DNA of 64,000 nt from the human T2T-CHM13v2.0 reference genome, Homo sapiens (GCF_009914755.1 NC_060940.1); one strand, 5' to 3'. Positions 48,217 to 62,049 are shown, numbered from the stretch's first letter. The notes: generated from the letters alone by a model not told the origin. Translations and numbers: made by a program.

Positions 48217-48956
48217 GAGTGTACCATTCTTTATTCACCTATAATTCCCCCACCCATCCTTATTGAGATATTAATTACATGTATGTTACACTGCTGCATA
48301 TTGTCTGACGTATCAGTGAGTTTCTGGCTTTCTTATTTTAGTTTACCCTTTGTCCTTTAGTTTGTAAAGCTTCTATTTTTTTCTATAAATTTTCGGATGT
48401 TAGGGTAAAATCCATTACTTATACTATCTCATGGAATTTTTATTTCAAATATTTATTTTTCATCTATACATATCACATTTTTCATTTTATAACTTCTATT
48501 TTTCTCCTATGTTCAATTTTCATTTAAGTACCTTGACATATATATATGTATTTATCTATATGTATTTATAAAATATATTTACTTTAAGGACCTTGAAATT
48601 TCCTTCTTTTTCTGTCATTTATAAATGACTTATTTTTATCCTGTTAATATATAGCTTAATTATATATATCTTATGGCTTCTTGACATGTCAGAGTTTTTT
48701 TGGGTATTTTGATGTTATGCTATTGAATATCTAGATTTTATTGGCTGCCTTTGAACAATGTTGTGGCAGGCAGTTCAGTAACTTCAGGATGAGTATTTGT
48801 CTGTTGTTGTTTTAAATCTTCTCTTTAAACTTTGTGGAGTTAGTCTAGAGCCATCTGTAATTTGGAGCTAAATGAGCACTGTCACTAGGGCATGAACCTC
48901 CACTGGTCTTTACTGAATATCCTGGAGGTACAGAGGGGATTCCCTTCTCTGATTAG

Positions 48957-49293
48957 AATTTGGAATATAAAGAGAAAAGAGAAAAATAGAAAGCTATGCA
49001 TAAACACGTGCATTAAAATGAATTTTATGTGGGCTTTTTCATGAAAATGTTCCTAAGGTATTTTATTTTTTTATTGTGGTAAAATTCACATAACATAAAA
49101 TGTACTCTGTTAACCATTTTAAGTGTACAGTTCAGTGGTACTAAATATAGTCATAACATTGTGCAGCCATCCCTATCATCCATCTCCATAATTCGTTTCA
49201 CCTTGTAAAACTGAAACTCTATACCCATTAAACAATACTTCCCTATTTGTTCCTCCCCCCAGCCTCTGGCAACCATCATTGTACCATCTCTAT
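48957..49293 (-). repeat. Inverted duplicate of 27772-28106 (L1MB 3' end plus its flank)
   Basis: AATTTGGAATATAAAGAGAAAAGAGAAAAATAGAAAGCTATGCATAAACACGTGC...GTACCATCTCTAT is a close reverse complement of 27772-28106. Confidence 0.93.
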
Positions 49294-50894
49294 AATGCTA
49301 ATCAAGCATAGTGGCTGTGTTTCTGGCTTCCTCTAGTCCACAGGTAGCATACAAATGTAATAAACTACTTATTCATGTCACATCTATTTATTTTCTGCCT
49401 TATACCAAGCTTGTGGGATTCTCTTAAATACAACATTTTTATACTTACACCTATGCCATACCCATTAGCATCGCCTTCCTAAATCAGGGGAAATTGAGCC
49501 TCTGTAAGGTGGAGTAACTTCCTAAGATATAAAACTCAGCATTGAAGTCTATATACTTCAATATCCTGCCCTCTTCTCATTTGTCTTTACTGCCTTTTAT
49601 GTATGTGTTAGATGTTCAATAAATTCTCTTTTTTAAACTGAATTTAAGCCGTGGAGCAGTGTTTTGTTGAACAATAAATATGATATAGGACACTCTTCCT
49701 CCCTTTCATTTATGATCCTGTTCATGAAAAAGAGAAATTCTTTCATTGTGCTAGAAGCTTAAAATAATGAAAATGCCACTTTCTACATTAAACAGAAACT
49801 GAAGGGAATCAAGGCGAATTGCATGAGACATAGAAAACAAGTTGGAAAGAAATCTAGTATAATTTGCCCTTTGTGTACCTTTATTATTTAGCATTTGAGT
49901 AAATGAATCCCCCAAATATCTTCCCATCTTAATTCATGTCTCTAAAGGAGACATTTATGTCTCACCTTGTCAAGAAGGGCAAACTCTAACATAAACATTT
50001 CCCAAAAATGCTTCCTGCTAAAACGTAAGCTCAGTCTGGCTAGAAATGAAGCTCACTTCATAAAGATTAATTGGTAGATAATTTTGCATGCTGTTCTCTG
50101 AACTTGAGTGAAACCTGTCCATCAGGCATACAGGGAATGACGGAAAAGGTGACAACAGAAGATGAATGCTACGTCACTAACCTTCAAAGATGACCTGCCT
50201 TTTCTTTCAAATTCTTGATATCTTAAGACTTCATTAATTCATCTCTCTTTGCCCTTGGTTCAACATAGTGCTATGCCAAAACTCATGTAAGACAATGATC
50301 TAATGTAATAAAAATGGCATTTTTCTTTCATGTAGATGCAAGCTAACTGGCATTTTTACAATCCACATATTTCCTTTGTCAATTTTTCATTCTGTATTGG
50401 AAGTAATTGATAGGTATTTCTGAAGGGATGAAGGTGTTTCTGTGTTCATTGTGATCCAAACTATTTTTAGACCTAGGGGCGTTTGTAAAACAATTTGTGC
50501 CAGCTGACCAGGGATCACTGTGGCAGAAAGCAGCAAACTTGCATAAGATGTCACAGCCTCATAAGTTGGCTTTGAAAACTGGGGGCTTACTCCATAGTCT
50601 TATGAATCAAAGACATTGATAGATGTAGTATAAGATTATAATCATATTTTCCTTTTGACAGTCACATTATAAAGCATGATGTATTGCACTTAATCTCAGT
50701 TAGCTGATCACAATTAAAATTAATAATGTTTATTATAGCTGATAAACAATCATGACTCTCCTGTTCTCAAATGTGCAAGTAATTCTTGTAATTTTAATAC
50801 AAATTTGCATATTATTATTAATCGATTTAATCTCATTGGATTTGGTTCATGGATCCAATTTATTAAAATATTGATAATAGGATAATGACTTGTC

Positions 50895-51235
50895 TACCCA
50901 TTTCATGTGCACTAAAAACAACAATTCTTACAATGGTCTGCAAGCCCATCATGATCTGCCACATGTTAACCACCAAAATTCTTTTATATCTTCACCCCTG
51001 ATCTTACCAGTGGTCCTGGCCACCTCACTGTCCTCTGGACATGCCAACAGGCTGCTGCCTTATGACCAAGACTCTAGTTAATTTCTTGCCTTGGAAAGAT
51101 AGCCCTCCATATATCCATTCATCAGCTCATTCAACTTCCTCAAGTCTTTACTGAAACTTCACATTCTCGATGAGGCCTATTCAGTATTTCAAACTGCCTC
51201 CCAGCTGCAACATTCCAAAACCCCTTACTCTTCTG
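50895..51235 (+). mobile_element. L2 3' fragment
   Basis: CTTACAATGGTCTGCAAGCCCATCATGATCTGCC...TTCCTCAAGTCTTTACTGAAACTTCACATTCTCGATGAGGCC. Confidence 0.65.
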
Positions 51236-51244
51236 TGTATTTTT

Positions 51245-53800
51245 GAAAGGATTTATTGAGATATAATTTACATAGTGTAGAGTGCACACATTAATGTCTA
51301 CAAGTCAGTGGCTTTTAGTATATGCACAGATAAGTGGAGCCATCATCACAATGAATTTTAGAGCATTTTCATCACTTCAAAAAGAATCCCCACCTTCTCT
51401 AGCTGTTAACCTCCTATACACCCATCCCCTACTCAATCCTAAGCAACCACAAATCTGTTTTCCATCTCTATAGATTTTCCTATTCTGTTTTCATCTAAAT
51501 AGAATCATACAATAGGTGACCTTTTCTGCTTGGCTTCATTCAGTTGGCATAATGCTATCAAGGTTCATGTACGTATTGGTACTTTATTTCTTTTTATAGC
51601 TGTATAACATTCAATTTCATGGATAAAACATTTTGTTTATCTAATAATATTTTTATTGACATTTGAATTGTGTTCAGCCTTTGGCTATTTTAAATACTGC
51701 TGCTAAAAATACTTGTGTACAATTTGTGTTTGAACACCTCTTTCCAATAATCTGGGTGTATACCTAGGAATAAATTTCTGGGTCATATGACAATTCTATA
51801 TTTAAAATATTTAGAAGCCATCAAATTACTTTCCAAAGTGGCCAGTTCTAGCCATAGAGTATCTAACTGTGGTTTTGATTTGTAGTTGCCTTATGAGTGA
51901 TGCTATTGAGTATCTTTTTATGGGATTATTGACCGTTCGTGTATCTTCTTGGGAAACACATCTATTCCTATCATTTATCAGTTTTGAGTTGGGATATTTG
52001 TTACTGAGTTAAAACAATTTTTCTATATTCAAGATACATATATATACAGACATATAGATAGGTGTTTTTCAAATATCTTCTCACAATTTTTGAGCTGCCT
52101 TTTGACTTGCTTGGTTGTCCTTTGAAACACCAATGTCTTTAATTTTTAAGAAATTTTAAATATCTAATTTTTATTTTGTTGCTCATGTTTTTGGTGTTAC
52201 AGCTATTTCTTTGCTAGATCCAAAATCCTGAAGATTTTCCCATATGCTTTATTCTAGCTCTTGCCTGTGTGTCTTTAATTCATTTGAGTTAATATTTTTG
52301 TATGCTTTGGGGTAAGGGTTCGAATTTATTATTTTGCAAGTGGGGATCCACGTGTACGTTGTTGACCCAGTTTGTTCAAAGACTGTCTCTTCCTCATTGA
52401 ATTGCACATGGCACCACTGTAAGAATCCATTGACTATAGACACATAGTTTTACATATGGACTCTCAATTCTCTTCCATCAATCTATATATTTTTCCTTCA
52501 TCAGTATTGTGCTGTCTTGATTACTGATACTCTGCAGTAAGGTTTGGAGCATGGGGGTGTGAATTATCCTATGTTTTCTTTTTTCAAGATTATTTTGGCT
52601 ATTTTGAGTCCCTTACAATTCCACGTGTATTTTAGAATCAGCTTGTAAGTTTCTAGACAGAAGTCTGTTGGGATACTTGCAGGGATTTCATCAAATCTGT
52701 AGTTCAAATTGTAAAGTACTACAATATTAAATCTTCCAATTCATGGCTGTAAGATGTTTGCTAATTATTTAGATATTCTTTAAACAATAATTTTTAATTT
52801 TCAGAGTAAACTCTTGTATCACATTTTCCAAATTAATTATTATTTCTTTTTTTGATGCTATTTTAAATTGAAGTTATTTCTTAATTTCATTTTGGGGTTT
52901 TCATTGTAGATGTGTGCAATTGATTTTTGTACATTTATCTTGTATGCTGTAATATTGCTGAAATAATTTACTAGTTCTATCGTTCAGTGGATTCCTTAAA
53001 ATTTTCTATATACAAGAATGTTATTTTCAAATAAAGTTTTATTTCTTCCTGTTCAATATGGGTGACTCTTATTTTTTTAGTTGCCGATTTGCCCTGCATA
53101 AAATCTTTAGTACAGTTTTGACTAGAAGAGGTCAAAATATATATCCTATTCTTATCTCTGACCATAGTGGGAAAGCATCCTTTACCATTAAGTTGCATGC
53201 TTGCTGTTGGCTTTTCACAGGTGCCACGCATCTGGTGTAGAAAGTTCTCTATTCCTGGTTCATTGAGTTTTTATTTTTATTTTTAATCATTAAAGCATTT
53301 GGATTTTGTTAAATGTCTTTTCCGAATCTATCGAGATGATCATGCAATTCTCGTTTCTTATTCTATGGATAAGATGTATTACCTTAATGGATTTTGGGCT
53401 GTTAAACCAACCTGGGATTACTTGTATAAATTTCACTTTGTCATTGTGTATAATTCTTTTATATGTTGCTAGATCTGATTTGTTAGTATTTTTTAAGGAA
53501 TTTTGCATTTATACTTATAGTAGTTTTATTTTTCTATGCTATTTTGACTAATTTTTGTATCAAGGTAACACTGGCCCCACAGAATAAATTGGGAAGTGAA
53601 TATTTCTCTAAAAAAGTTAGTCAAGAATTAATATCAATTATTCAACACTAACAAATATTATTATTATAAATTATTAATTTCTCTAATTTTTATTTTCTTC
53701 CTTCTGCTTGCTTTAGGTTTAGTTTGCTATTCTTTCCAGTGCCTTCATGTGGAAGGTCATCTTATCTCATCCTTTCATTTGTCTTTTCATATTCTAAATA
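51245..53800 (-). mobile_element. Old L1 (L1MB-like) 3' UTR and ORF2 remnant
   Basis: TTTATTGAGATATAATTTACATA 3' end; decayed RT peptide IIHNDKVKFIQVIPGWFN...MIISIDSEKTFNKIQ. Confidence 0.85.
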
Positions 53801-53814
53801 GTGTCTTTTTAGCA

Positions 53815-54200
53815 TCAGGTGAGCTCCCCAGTTTGGTAGTACTCCATGTTTATTGCTGTACAACAATGACAGGTAATATGTCCTGAAGACAATGGAAACT
53901 TAACATTCAAAATCTCCTAGATTCTACCTTATATGCTATGTCTCTTCAATTGGTCCTAATTTCTACCCTTTCTCTATTATAAACCATGAGTACAATGGCA
54001 TTCAATGAATTCTGTGAGTCTTTCTAGTAAATTCTTGAAACTGAGGGTGTTCAGGGGAAACCCCTGAACTGGCAGTTGGTGTCAGAAGTGAGAATCCTCT
54101 TATATGGCCTCTTCCTTTGAACTTTGCAGCTGGACGCAAACTCTGCAGAATTTGGGCCAGAAGTCTCGCGATGACTTTGCAGCCTAAAGTATCTTGTAGT
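53815..54200 (+). mobile_element. MER21-family LTR fragment
   Basis: AACCATGAGTACAA...TTCTGTGAGTCTTTCTAGTAAATT...AACTGAGGGTG...CAGTTGGTGTCAGAAGTGAG. Confidence 0.65.
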
Positions 54201-54711
54201 TTGTCTAACCCTCAATAAATTTGCTTTCATCAAATATTGTATTTGCTACCCCAAAATTACCATCACGTTTTTTTTCTCCAAATAACTAACGTTGGGAGAA
54301 ATAGCCAGCTGAGTCTGTAACTCAACAGAAACAAGTGATCCATATACCATATACCATATAAGTGGCCATTTCATATTGCCTTCTGCCACCAAATCTTAGC
54401 AACCTCAACCATTGCCATGAGCCACTGTAGGCCTACGAGCTACAAACAAGTATCTTTTAAAAACACTTCATACTCCCATTTGATAAATTTCCCATCAAAG
54501 AGATGCCTACTTTATGCAACTGGCTCATATTCACGAAGTCTGTAGATATTATTCATGTAGTGTGAGAAAATCATCCCAGCAATGCCAGCACATTCTCCTT
54601 CCCATGATCTGCTTAGTTCGCAAACATATTCTGGCCATGGGTGAGAGATTTGTATTTCACTGTACAACAATTTTATGGAGGGCATTGAAACTTACCTTGA
54701 GCATTTTAGTA

Positions 54712-55053
54712 CAGTCACACATCACTGAATGATAGGGATACGTTCTAACAGACGTATCCATAGGCAATTTCATCATTTTGCAAACATCACAAAGAATATT
54801 ACAAACACCTAGATTCTACAGCCTACCACCTCTAGGTTATATGGTATAGCCTCTCTCTCCCAGGCTACAAACCTGTGTACTACATTACTGTACTGAATAC
54901 TGCAGGCAATAAGAACACAGTGGTAAGAGGTTATGTATCTAAACATACTTAAACGTAGAAAAGTATGTAAAAATATGTATTATAATCTCATGGGACCACT
55001 TTTGTATATGTAATCCATCTTTGACTGAAATGTTATTATGCATGACATGACTC
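54712..55053 (+). mobile_element. Tigger3a/MER7-like TcMar MITE
   Basis: TA|CAGTCACACATCAC...GGATACGTTCT...CCAGGCTACAAACCTGT...CATGACTC|TA, degenerate terminal inverted repeats with TA target. Confidence 0.75.
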
Positions 55054-56531
55054 TATGACAAAAATAAAATAACACATTGTAAAAAATGTACACAGGTATC
55101 AAACATATTAATATTGTAAAAATAAAAATATTTATTCAGTATAAGAATTTGTAATGATCACAAAATGTTCACAGCTTATATTTTAGTACAGTTTCAAATG
55201 CCTAGTGCAATTACTATTTATTTCTGTGTGTGTTTTAAACATGTATATAATAAATATTTTTCAGGTTCAACAGTATATATCAATCCAACTGGCTCTTATA
55301 AATATTAGTTAAAATCAATTAGTAAATTCATATATATATATACACACGTGTATCAGTCTGTATGCATGTATGTGTGTGTAAATGTAACTGTATGTGTGTG
55401 TAAATGTAACTGGATGCATCCTAATATTTACCCTTACCAACAAGATTCCCAAGATTCATTTATTATCTTTAGATGATGTGCATTTAAAGATTTACCAAAT
55501 AAAACTGTAATCGTGGAAAATATCAAGATGTTATTAAATTCATGTTGTGCACATAATTGTTTCTTTAAATTTATGTTTCTTGCAAAACTTGCGGTAATGC
55601 TCATGCACAAAATAATTTTCTAAATAAAAAATAAAAACATTTTCTCAGTCATTAATTCTTAATTATTATTTCTCCCCAATAATTAATGTGAATTAATTCT
55701 TAATTCTTAATTATAGAATAATGTTGCCCTTCAGAGTTCTGAATCTTTTGCATGTTGTATACATTTTACTAACTAGAACAACTTCTGGAATATTGGCATT
55801 AATTACTGTCACTCAGCAATTAATGATTTCAAAGAAATTAAATACCATTCATATTCTGAATCACAAGGATACTTTGGCATGTAATTTCTTCAAGCTCTTT
55901 GTATCATCATCTACACTTTAATTACTTAAACATTTTTCTGTGTGAGAAAGATTGAGCAGGTTATTGTGCTTTTTTAAGATGCAACTTTTGCTTAATCTAG
56001 AGATAGGCAATGCTCCCTATAAGGGACAAAGAGAAAAATGAAAGAGCAATAGAGATGTGACAGGCATGGAAAAAGACAATACATTTATAAAACAAATAGG
56101 GCCACAGATGATGATAATGAGGATCAAATCTTGAGATACTGACTCAGTTTATAACTCACTGTACAATAGAGCAAATCATTTGTTAATTTTTTTACAAATG
56201 GAATTTAATTTAATTAAGATGAATACAGTGTTTTAAACCAGGCAGGTCACCTTAAAATAAAGTAGTGGAATAAAGTGATAAAACCAATGTAAAAGTCATA
56301 AACATTTTATAAAGAATTTTTGTCATGTAATTTAATATTTTTATTTAAAATCACCCAAATCAAAATAATTTTATCTTAATTAAAAAATAATCATCAGAAG
56401 TTAACTAATTTTTACTTTATAATACTAGGTTTAAAAATTCTTAACTATATTTTTAATCATATATGCTTATACATAAAATAGACATAGGGTATATGTTTAC
56501 ATGTTCACAATATTATATTGTAATTGTTCCT

Positions 56532-59387
56532 ATGGAATGGAATGGAATCATTGAATGGAATTGAATGTAATCACCAATGAAGGGAATCAAATGGAATCAT
56601 CGTCAAATGGAATCAAGTGGAATCATCGAATGGAATCTAACGGAATCATTGTCGACTGGAATGGAATGGAATCAATTAATGGAATTGAATGGAATCACCA
56701 ATGAATGGAATTGAATGGAATCCTCATCGAATGGTTTCAAATGGAATCATCAAATGGACTCGAATGGAATCATCAGATGGCATTGACTGGAATCATCATC
56801 GAATGGAATCATCGAATGGAATCGAATGCAATCATCATCAAATGAAATCGAATGGATTCATGGAATGGCATCGAATGGCATCATCATCCAATGGAATCAA
56901 ATGGAGTGATTTAACGGAATCGTGTGGAATCATCATCGAATGGAATTGAGTGGAATCATCGAATGGACACGAATGGAATCATCAATGAATGGAATCAAAA
57001 GGAATCATCATCAAATGGAATCGAATAGAATCATCATATAATGGAATTGAATGGAATCATAGAACGGAATAGAATAGAATCATCATCGAATGGAATTAAA
57101 TAGAATCATCAGATAAAATTGAATGGAATAATCATCTAATGGAATCGAATGGAATCATCATCAAATGGAATTGAATGGAATCATCATCGAATGCAATAGA
57201 ATGGAATCATCATCAAATGGAATTAAATAGAATCATCGAATGAGATTGAATGGAATCATCATCGAATGTAAACGAATGGAATCATCATCGAATGGAATCA
57301 TCATTGAATGGAATCAAATGGAATCTTCAACAAGTGGAATCGCATGGAAACCTCGAATGGAATCTAATGGAATCATCAGCACATGGAACCGAATGGAATC
57401 ATCATGGAGTGGAACCAAATGGAATCATCATCGAATGGAATCCAAAGGGATCACTGAATTGAATGGAATGATCATTGAATGCAATCGAAGGGCATCATCG
57501 AATGGGATGGAATGGAATCATTCAATGGAATCGAATGGAATCATCAAAAGGATTCGAATGGAATCATCATCAAATGGAATTGAATGGAATCATCGAATGG
57601 ACTCAAATGGAATCATAATCGAATGGAATCGATTGGATATATCGAATGGACACAAAAGAAATCATCATTGAATGGAATTGAATGGTATCATTGAATGGAT
57701 TCGAATGGAAACTTCATGCTATGGAATCAGATGGAGCCATTGACTGGCATCGAATTGAATCATCAGTGAATGGAATCTAAGGGAATAATCGAATGGAACA
57801 GAATGGAATCATCGAATGGACTCGAGGGGAATCATCATCGAATGGAATCATCGAATGGACACGAATGGAATCATCTTCGAATGGAATCGAATGGAATCAT
57901 CGAATGGACTCGAATGGAATCATCATCAAATGCAATCTAATGGAATCATCGAATGGACTCGAATGGAATCATCATCAAATGGAATAGAAAGGAATCATTG
58001 AATGGAATCGAATGGAATCATCATTGAATGGAATGGAATCGAATCATTGAATGGACTTGAATGGAATCATCACCGAAAGCAATTGAATGGAATCTTCGAA
58101 TGGACTCGATTGAAATCATCATTGAATGCAGTCGACTGGAATCATCATCGAATGGAATCGAATGGAATCATCATCAAATGGAATGGAAAGGAATCATCCA
58201 ATGGAGTAGAATTGAATCACCATTGAATGGAATCAAATAGAATCATCAAATGAAAACGAATGGAATCATCATCGAATGGAATTGAATGAAATCATCATTG
58301 AATGGAATCGAATGGAATCATCATCGAATGGAATCGAAAGGAACCATTGAGTGGACTTGAATGGAATCATCATCAAATGAAATCGAATGGAATCATCGAA
58401 TGGCATTAAATAGAATCATCAATGAATGGAATCTAAGGAACAATTCAATGGAATTGAAAGGAATCATCAAATAGACTCGAGTGGAAGCATCATCGAATGG
58501 AATCGAATGGCATCATCGAATGGAATCATCATCGAATGGCATCGAATGGAATCTTTGAATGCACTCGAATGGAATCATCATTGAATGCAAACGAATGGAA
58601 TCATCATCGAATGAAATCGAATGGAATCATCATCGAATGCAATTGAATAGAATCATCCAATGTAGTAGAACTGAGTCATCATCGAAAGGAATTGAATAGA
58701 ATCATCAACGAATGGAATCGAATGGAGAAATCGAATGGAATCCAATTTAATTATCATCGAATTCAACCCAATGGAATCATTAAATGGACTCGAATGGAAT
58801 CATCATCGAATGGAATAGAATGGAATCATCGAATGCAATCGGATAGAATCATCAAATGGACTCCAATGGAATCATCATCGAATGGAATAGAATGGAATCA
58901 TCGAATGCAATCAAATGGAATCATCATCGAATGAAATCAAATGGAATCATTGAATGGACTCGAATGGAATCATCATCGAATGGAATTGAAAGGAATCATC
59001 AAATGGACTTCAATGGAATCATTGAATGGACACGAATGGAATCATCATTGGATGGAATTGAATGGAATCATCGAATGGACACGATTGGAATCATCATCGA
59101 ATGGAATCAAATGGAATCATCATATGGAATCGAATGGAATCGTCATCGAATGGAATCGAATGGAATCATCATTGAATGGAATCGAAAGGAATCATCATCA
59201 AATGGAATCTAATGGAATCATCATCGAAAGGAATCTAATGACATCATCATCTAATGGAATCTAATGGAATCATCAATGAAAGGAATCAAATGGAGAAATC
59301 GAATGGAATCCATTGGGATCATCATCGAATGGAACCGAATGCAGTTGTCATCGAATGGAATCCAATGGAATCATCATCGAATGAAAT
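56532..59387 (+). repeat. Second diverged HSat2 block, same orientation as the first
   Basis: GGAATCATCATCGAATGGAATC units; sharp edges at both ends. Confidence 0.95.
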
Positions 59388-60990
59388 GATGTCAGGAGTT
59401 AAGACCTTTGATGATGCCATGCACCATCACCAGTCTTTACCTCTTGAATGGGCTTGCACATGGCTGCTCCTGTACTGCTGAAGTCCAGTGCCAGTAGTTT
59501 ATGTTTCCCTATTATTTCATCAGCCCAATACAAATTATTGTCAAAATTACACCTGGAGGTGATAACAGGAAAATAATCTTCTCAGTAAATGCATATTTTG
59601 TGAGTCTCAACTTCCAGAAATTGGTCATCGAACAGTATGAGTTAGTGTCTTTCTATCTTGGTTGTCACCTTTATTATATTGTAGGGGTCTGAGGTGTGTA
59701 GAGTGAACACCTCAGAGTTCCGGTTGCCCTTGTGGGTTTTGCTACATAAACCCTTTCAAAGCACACATGCCTGATTGCAGAAATGAATATTGTCCCGACA
59801 ATCAATATAGAATTCTGGATCATTCTTCCCTTTACTTTTCCTAATAGCTTCTGCTAAGCTTGCGATATTCTGTGGGATTATATCACATGTATCTGTCATC
59901 TGAAATGTGATGCAAGGCACTTCTATCAAAAAGGCCCTTGTCATGCCAGAGACAACAAATCCTAGACTGAGGTAATCCACATTTCTTATTGTTCTGTAAG
60001 TGAGCACTGTCACAGAATAATCAAGATTTTGGTCTTTTAAGGCCAAAATAAGTTGAAATGCCTCAAGGCCAAAATAAGTTGAAAAATGCCTCATGAAAAT
60101 GCCTCAAGGCCAAAATAAGGTTAAAAATGCCTCATGAAGAAGTGTTCCTGGGATCTCTTCATTTAGTTTTTGAATTCTCCGCAGAATAAAACATAATGAA
60201 AGTCCTTTATTTCCATTCTCATCGTATCACTCACTCTCATCTCAGATGTGGACTTGTTTCTCTTTCCTGAAATCCAATATACTTGGAGTCATAAGGCAAA
60301 TATTTAGCTATTTCAGATGTGTTGCCTAGAACTATTCATGGAGGCACTTCACCAGGGTTTCCAAGCACCAAATTGTGATATTTGCTTCCACGTTTCCTAG
60401 AAACAAGTTATCATGAGGTTGTGTTTGTTTACTATACATGAACACAATCTGTTCAAGTCTTAATAAAATGGAGCCATATTTGTTTGCAAAGAACCCACAC
60501 ACTTCACAGTGGCTTTCTGTAGATAGATTTGATGAACTTTATATATATATTCATTTCCCTCTCCAGATTTTTGAAAACTATCAATTTGCCCGTCTTTGGT
60601 GAAAAAACAGCTTTTCCTTCTATCTTTCTGCAACTTGTGGCCATGACAAATGCCATTTGCAAAAAACAGTCTAACAGCACTGGATCGATACGCTATTCAT
60701 ACATTACTCTCTGGATATCTTCATTGACCTTGCTTGTTGTTATGCCATCCTTTAGCTCATTGCAGAATAAAAAAGTGGCTTTTAACTGTTTGAAAATGAT
60801 ATCATAGTAAAATCCAACATGGAAGAGACATTCAGAAAGTTCATCAGTGTTTGAAATCAACTTACACTTTCTAGCAACTCTAGAAGGCATCTTCTTTCTT
60901 TAACTTAAGAATTTTGTAGATGGCAACTATATTAAAACTCTTTCAAGGTGTCTTGTAGTGATTACGGATTCACGTCTTTGTATCTTGAAT
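59388..60990 (-). pseudogene. Decayed intronless coding sequence of unknown origin; candidate orthomyxovirus-like PA endogenous viral element
   Basis: One frame from 60890 to 60504 has a single internal stop in ~129 codons. One frame from ~60060 to ~59400 has three internal stops in ~220 codons of AT-rich DNA. Frameshifts lie between them. The confidence refers to decayed coding status; the PA identity is inferred by eye only. Confidence 0.6.
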
Positions 60991-61723
60991 GATTTTTAAT
61001 CTCTTTTATTAAGTCTAACATGATTTGGCAAACCAGTATCTCAACAGGGGAACCAAATCTGCCTTGGAACTATACATTAAGTTTAAAATAAACTATTTTT
61101 CAACTTACTAGAAATACTAAAAATAAACAGCCCTTGACTCAAAAATCTTCCCTGGCACCACATCTGCATTTATACCCTCTTTCATTGTCATCTTGTGAAA
61201 TGATATATTACCCAATTTTGCTGGTAAAAACTAATTAGAACATTTATATTTAAATCGTGCTTAACAGTTTACAGAAGTATTTTTCATTTTCTTCTTGTAC
61301 CCAGTGGCAGAATTTTATGATTCTGAAGCACTTAGACTCTCATCATCTTTTTGCAGAAAAGTAAAACAAAACTAACAATATGATTTTTAAAATCAGCAAC
61401 TAGGATTTTGTAATTTATGTATTAAAACAAGCATTTAATTTGTTCTCTTTTAAGCTATTTGGCTGCAATGCTTTCTTAAAAACTTTAGATCTGCTCTTCT
61501 GTGATGTGTTGGGACATGAACCCAGATAAAGAAAGAAGGTTAAGGCCTCATTTAACATGGGTCTATTATTACTTTTCTGTGCATTAAGATCATAAAAACA
61601 CCATCAAAACTATAAGCCAAAGTGAATTGACTGAATTTTTAATGACAATGAGACACAAAAAACTAGTTACAATTTACTTATTTATTTTTGTTAAAACAAA
61701 TATTTTATAATTTTTGTAATCTT

Positions 61724-61868
61724 TTCAAGAGACAGGGTCACGCTATGTTGCCCAGGCTGCAGTGCACCGTCATTTCACACTACCACCTTGAACTCCTGGG
61801 CTCAAGCAATCTTCCTGCCTCAGCATCTGGAGTAGCTGGGACTACAGTTGTGTGCCATTGCACCCAGT
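61724..61868 (-). mobile_element. Monomeric Alu (FAM/FRAM-like)
   Basis: GAGACAGGGTCACGCTATGTTGCCCAGGCTG...CTCCTGGGCTCAAGCAATCTTCCTGCCTCAG...GGGACTACAG. Confidence 0.8.
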
Positions 61869-62049
61869 TTTTGTAATTTTCCAGTGGTTGAAAGATGGTC
61901 AAACCTTAGACAAAGTTCTTAAAATAAGTCAAACATAGTTGAACTATTTTTTTCCTTACCAATTCTATAATTGATATACCTTGTCATTATTGGATTCACT
62001 TTGAGATTCCCAGAAATGGACTCCTACTATGAGTGAAGTCGCATGTTGA

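Noticed and set aside
59440-59660. LLALDFSSTGA read as RdRp motif A of a partiti- or reo-like virus, with upstream IERH*LI as motif F
   Set aside because: The second Asp is missing and motifs B and C cannot be seen before the truncation. The PA-like reading explains more segments. Kept only as an alternative for the profile search.
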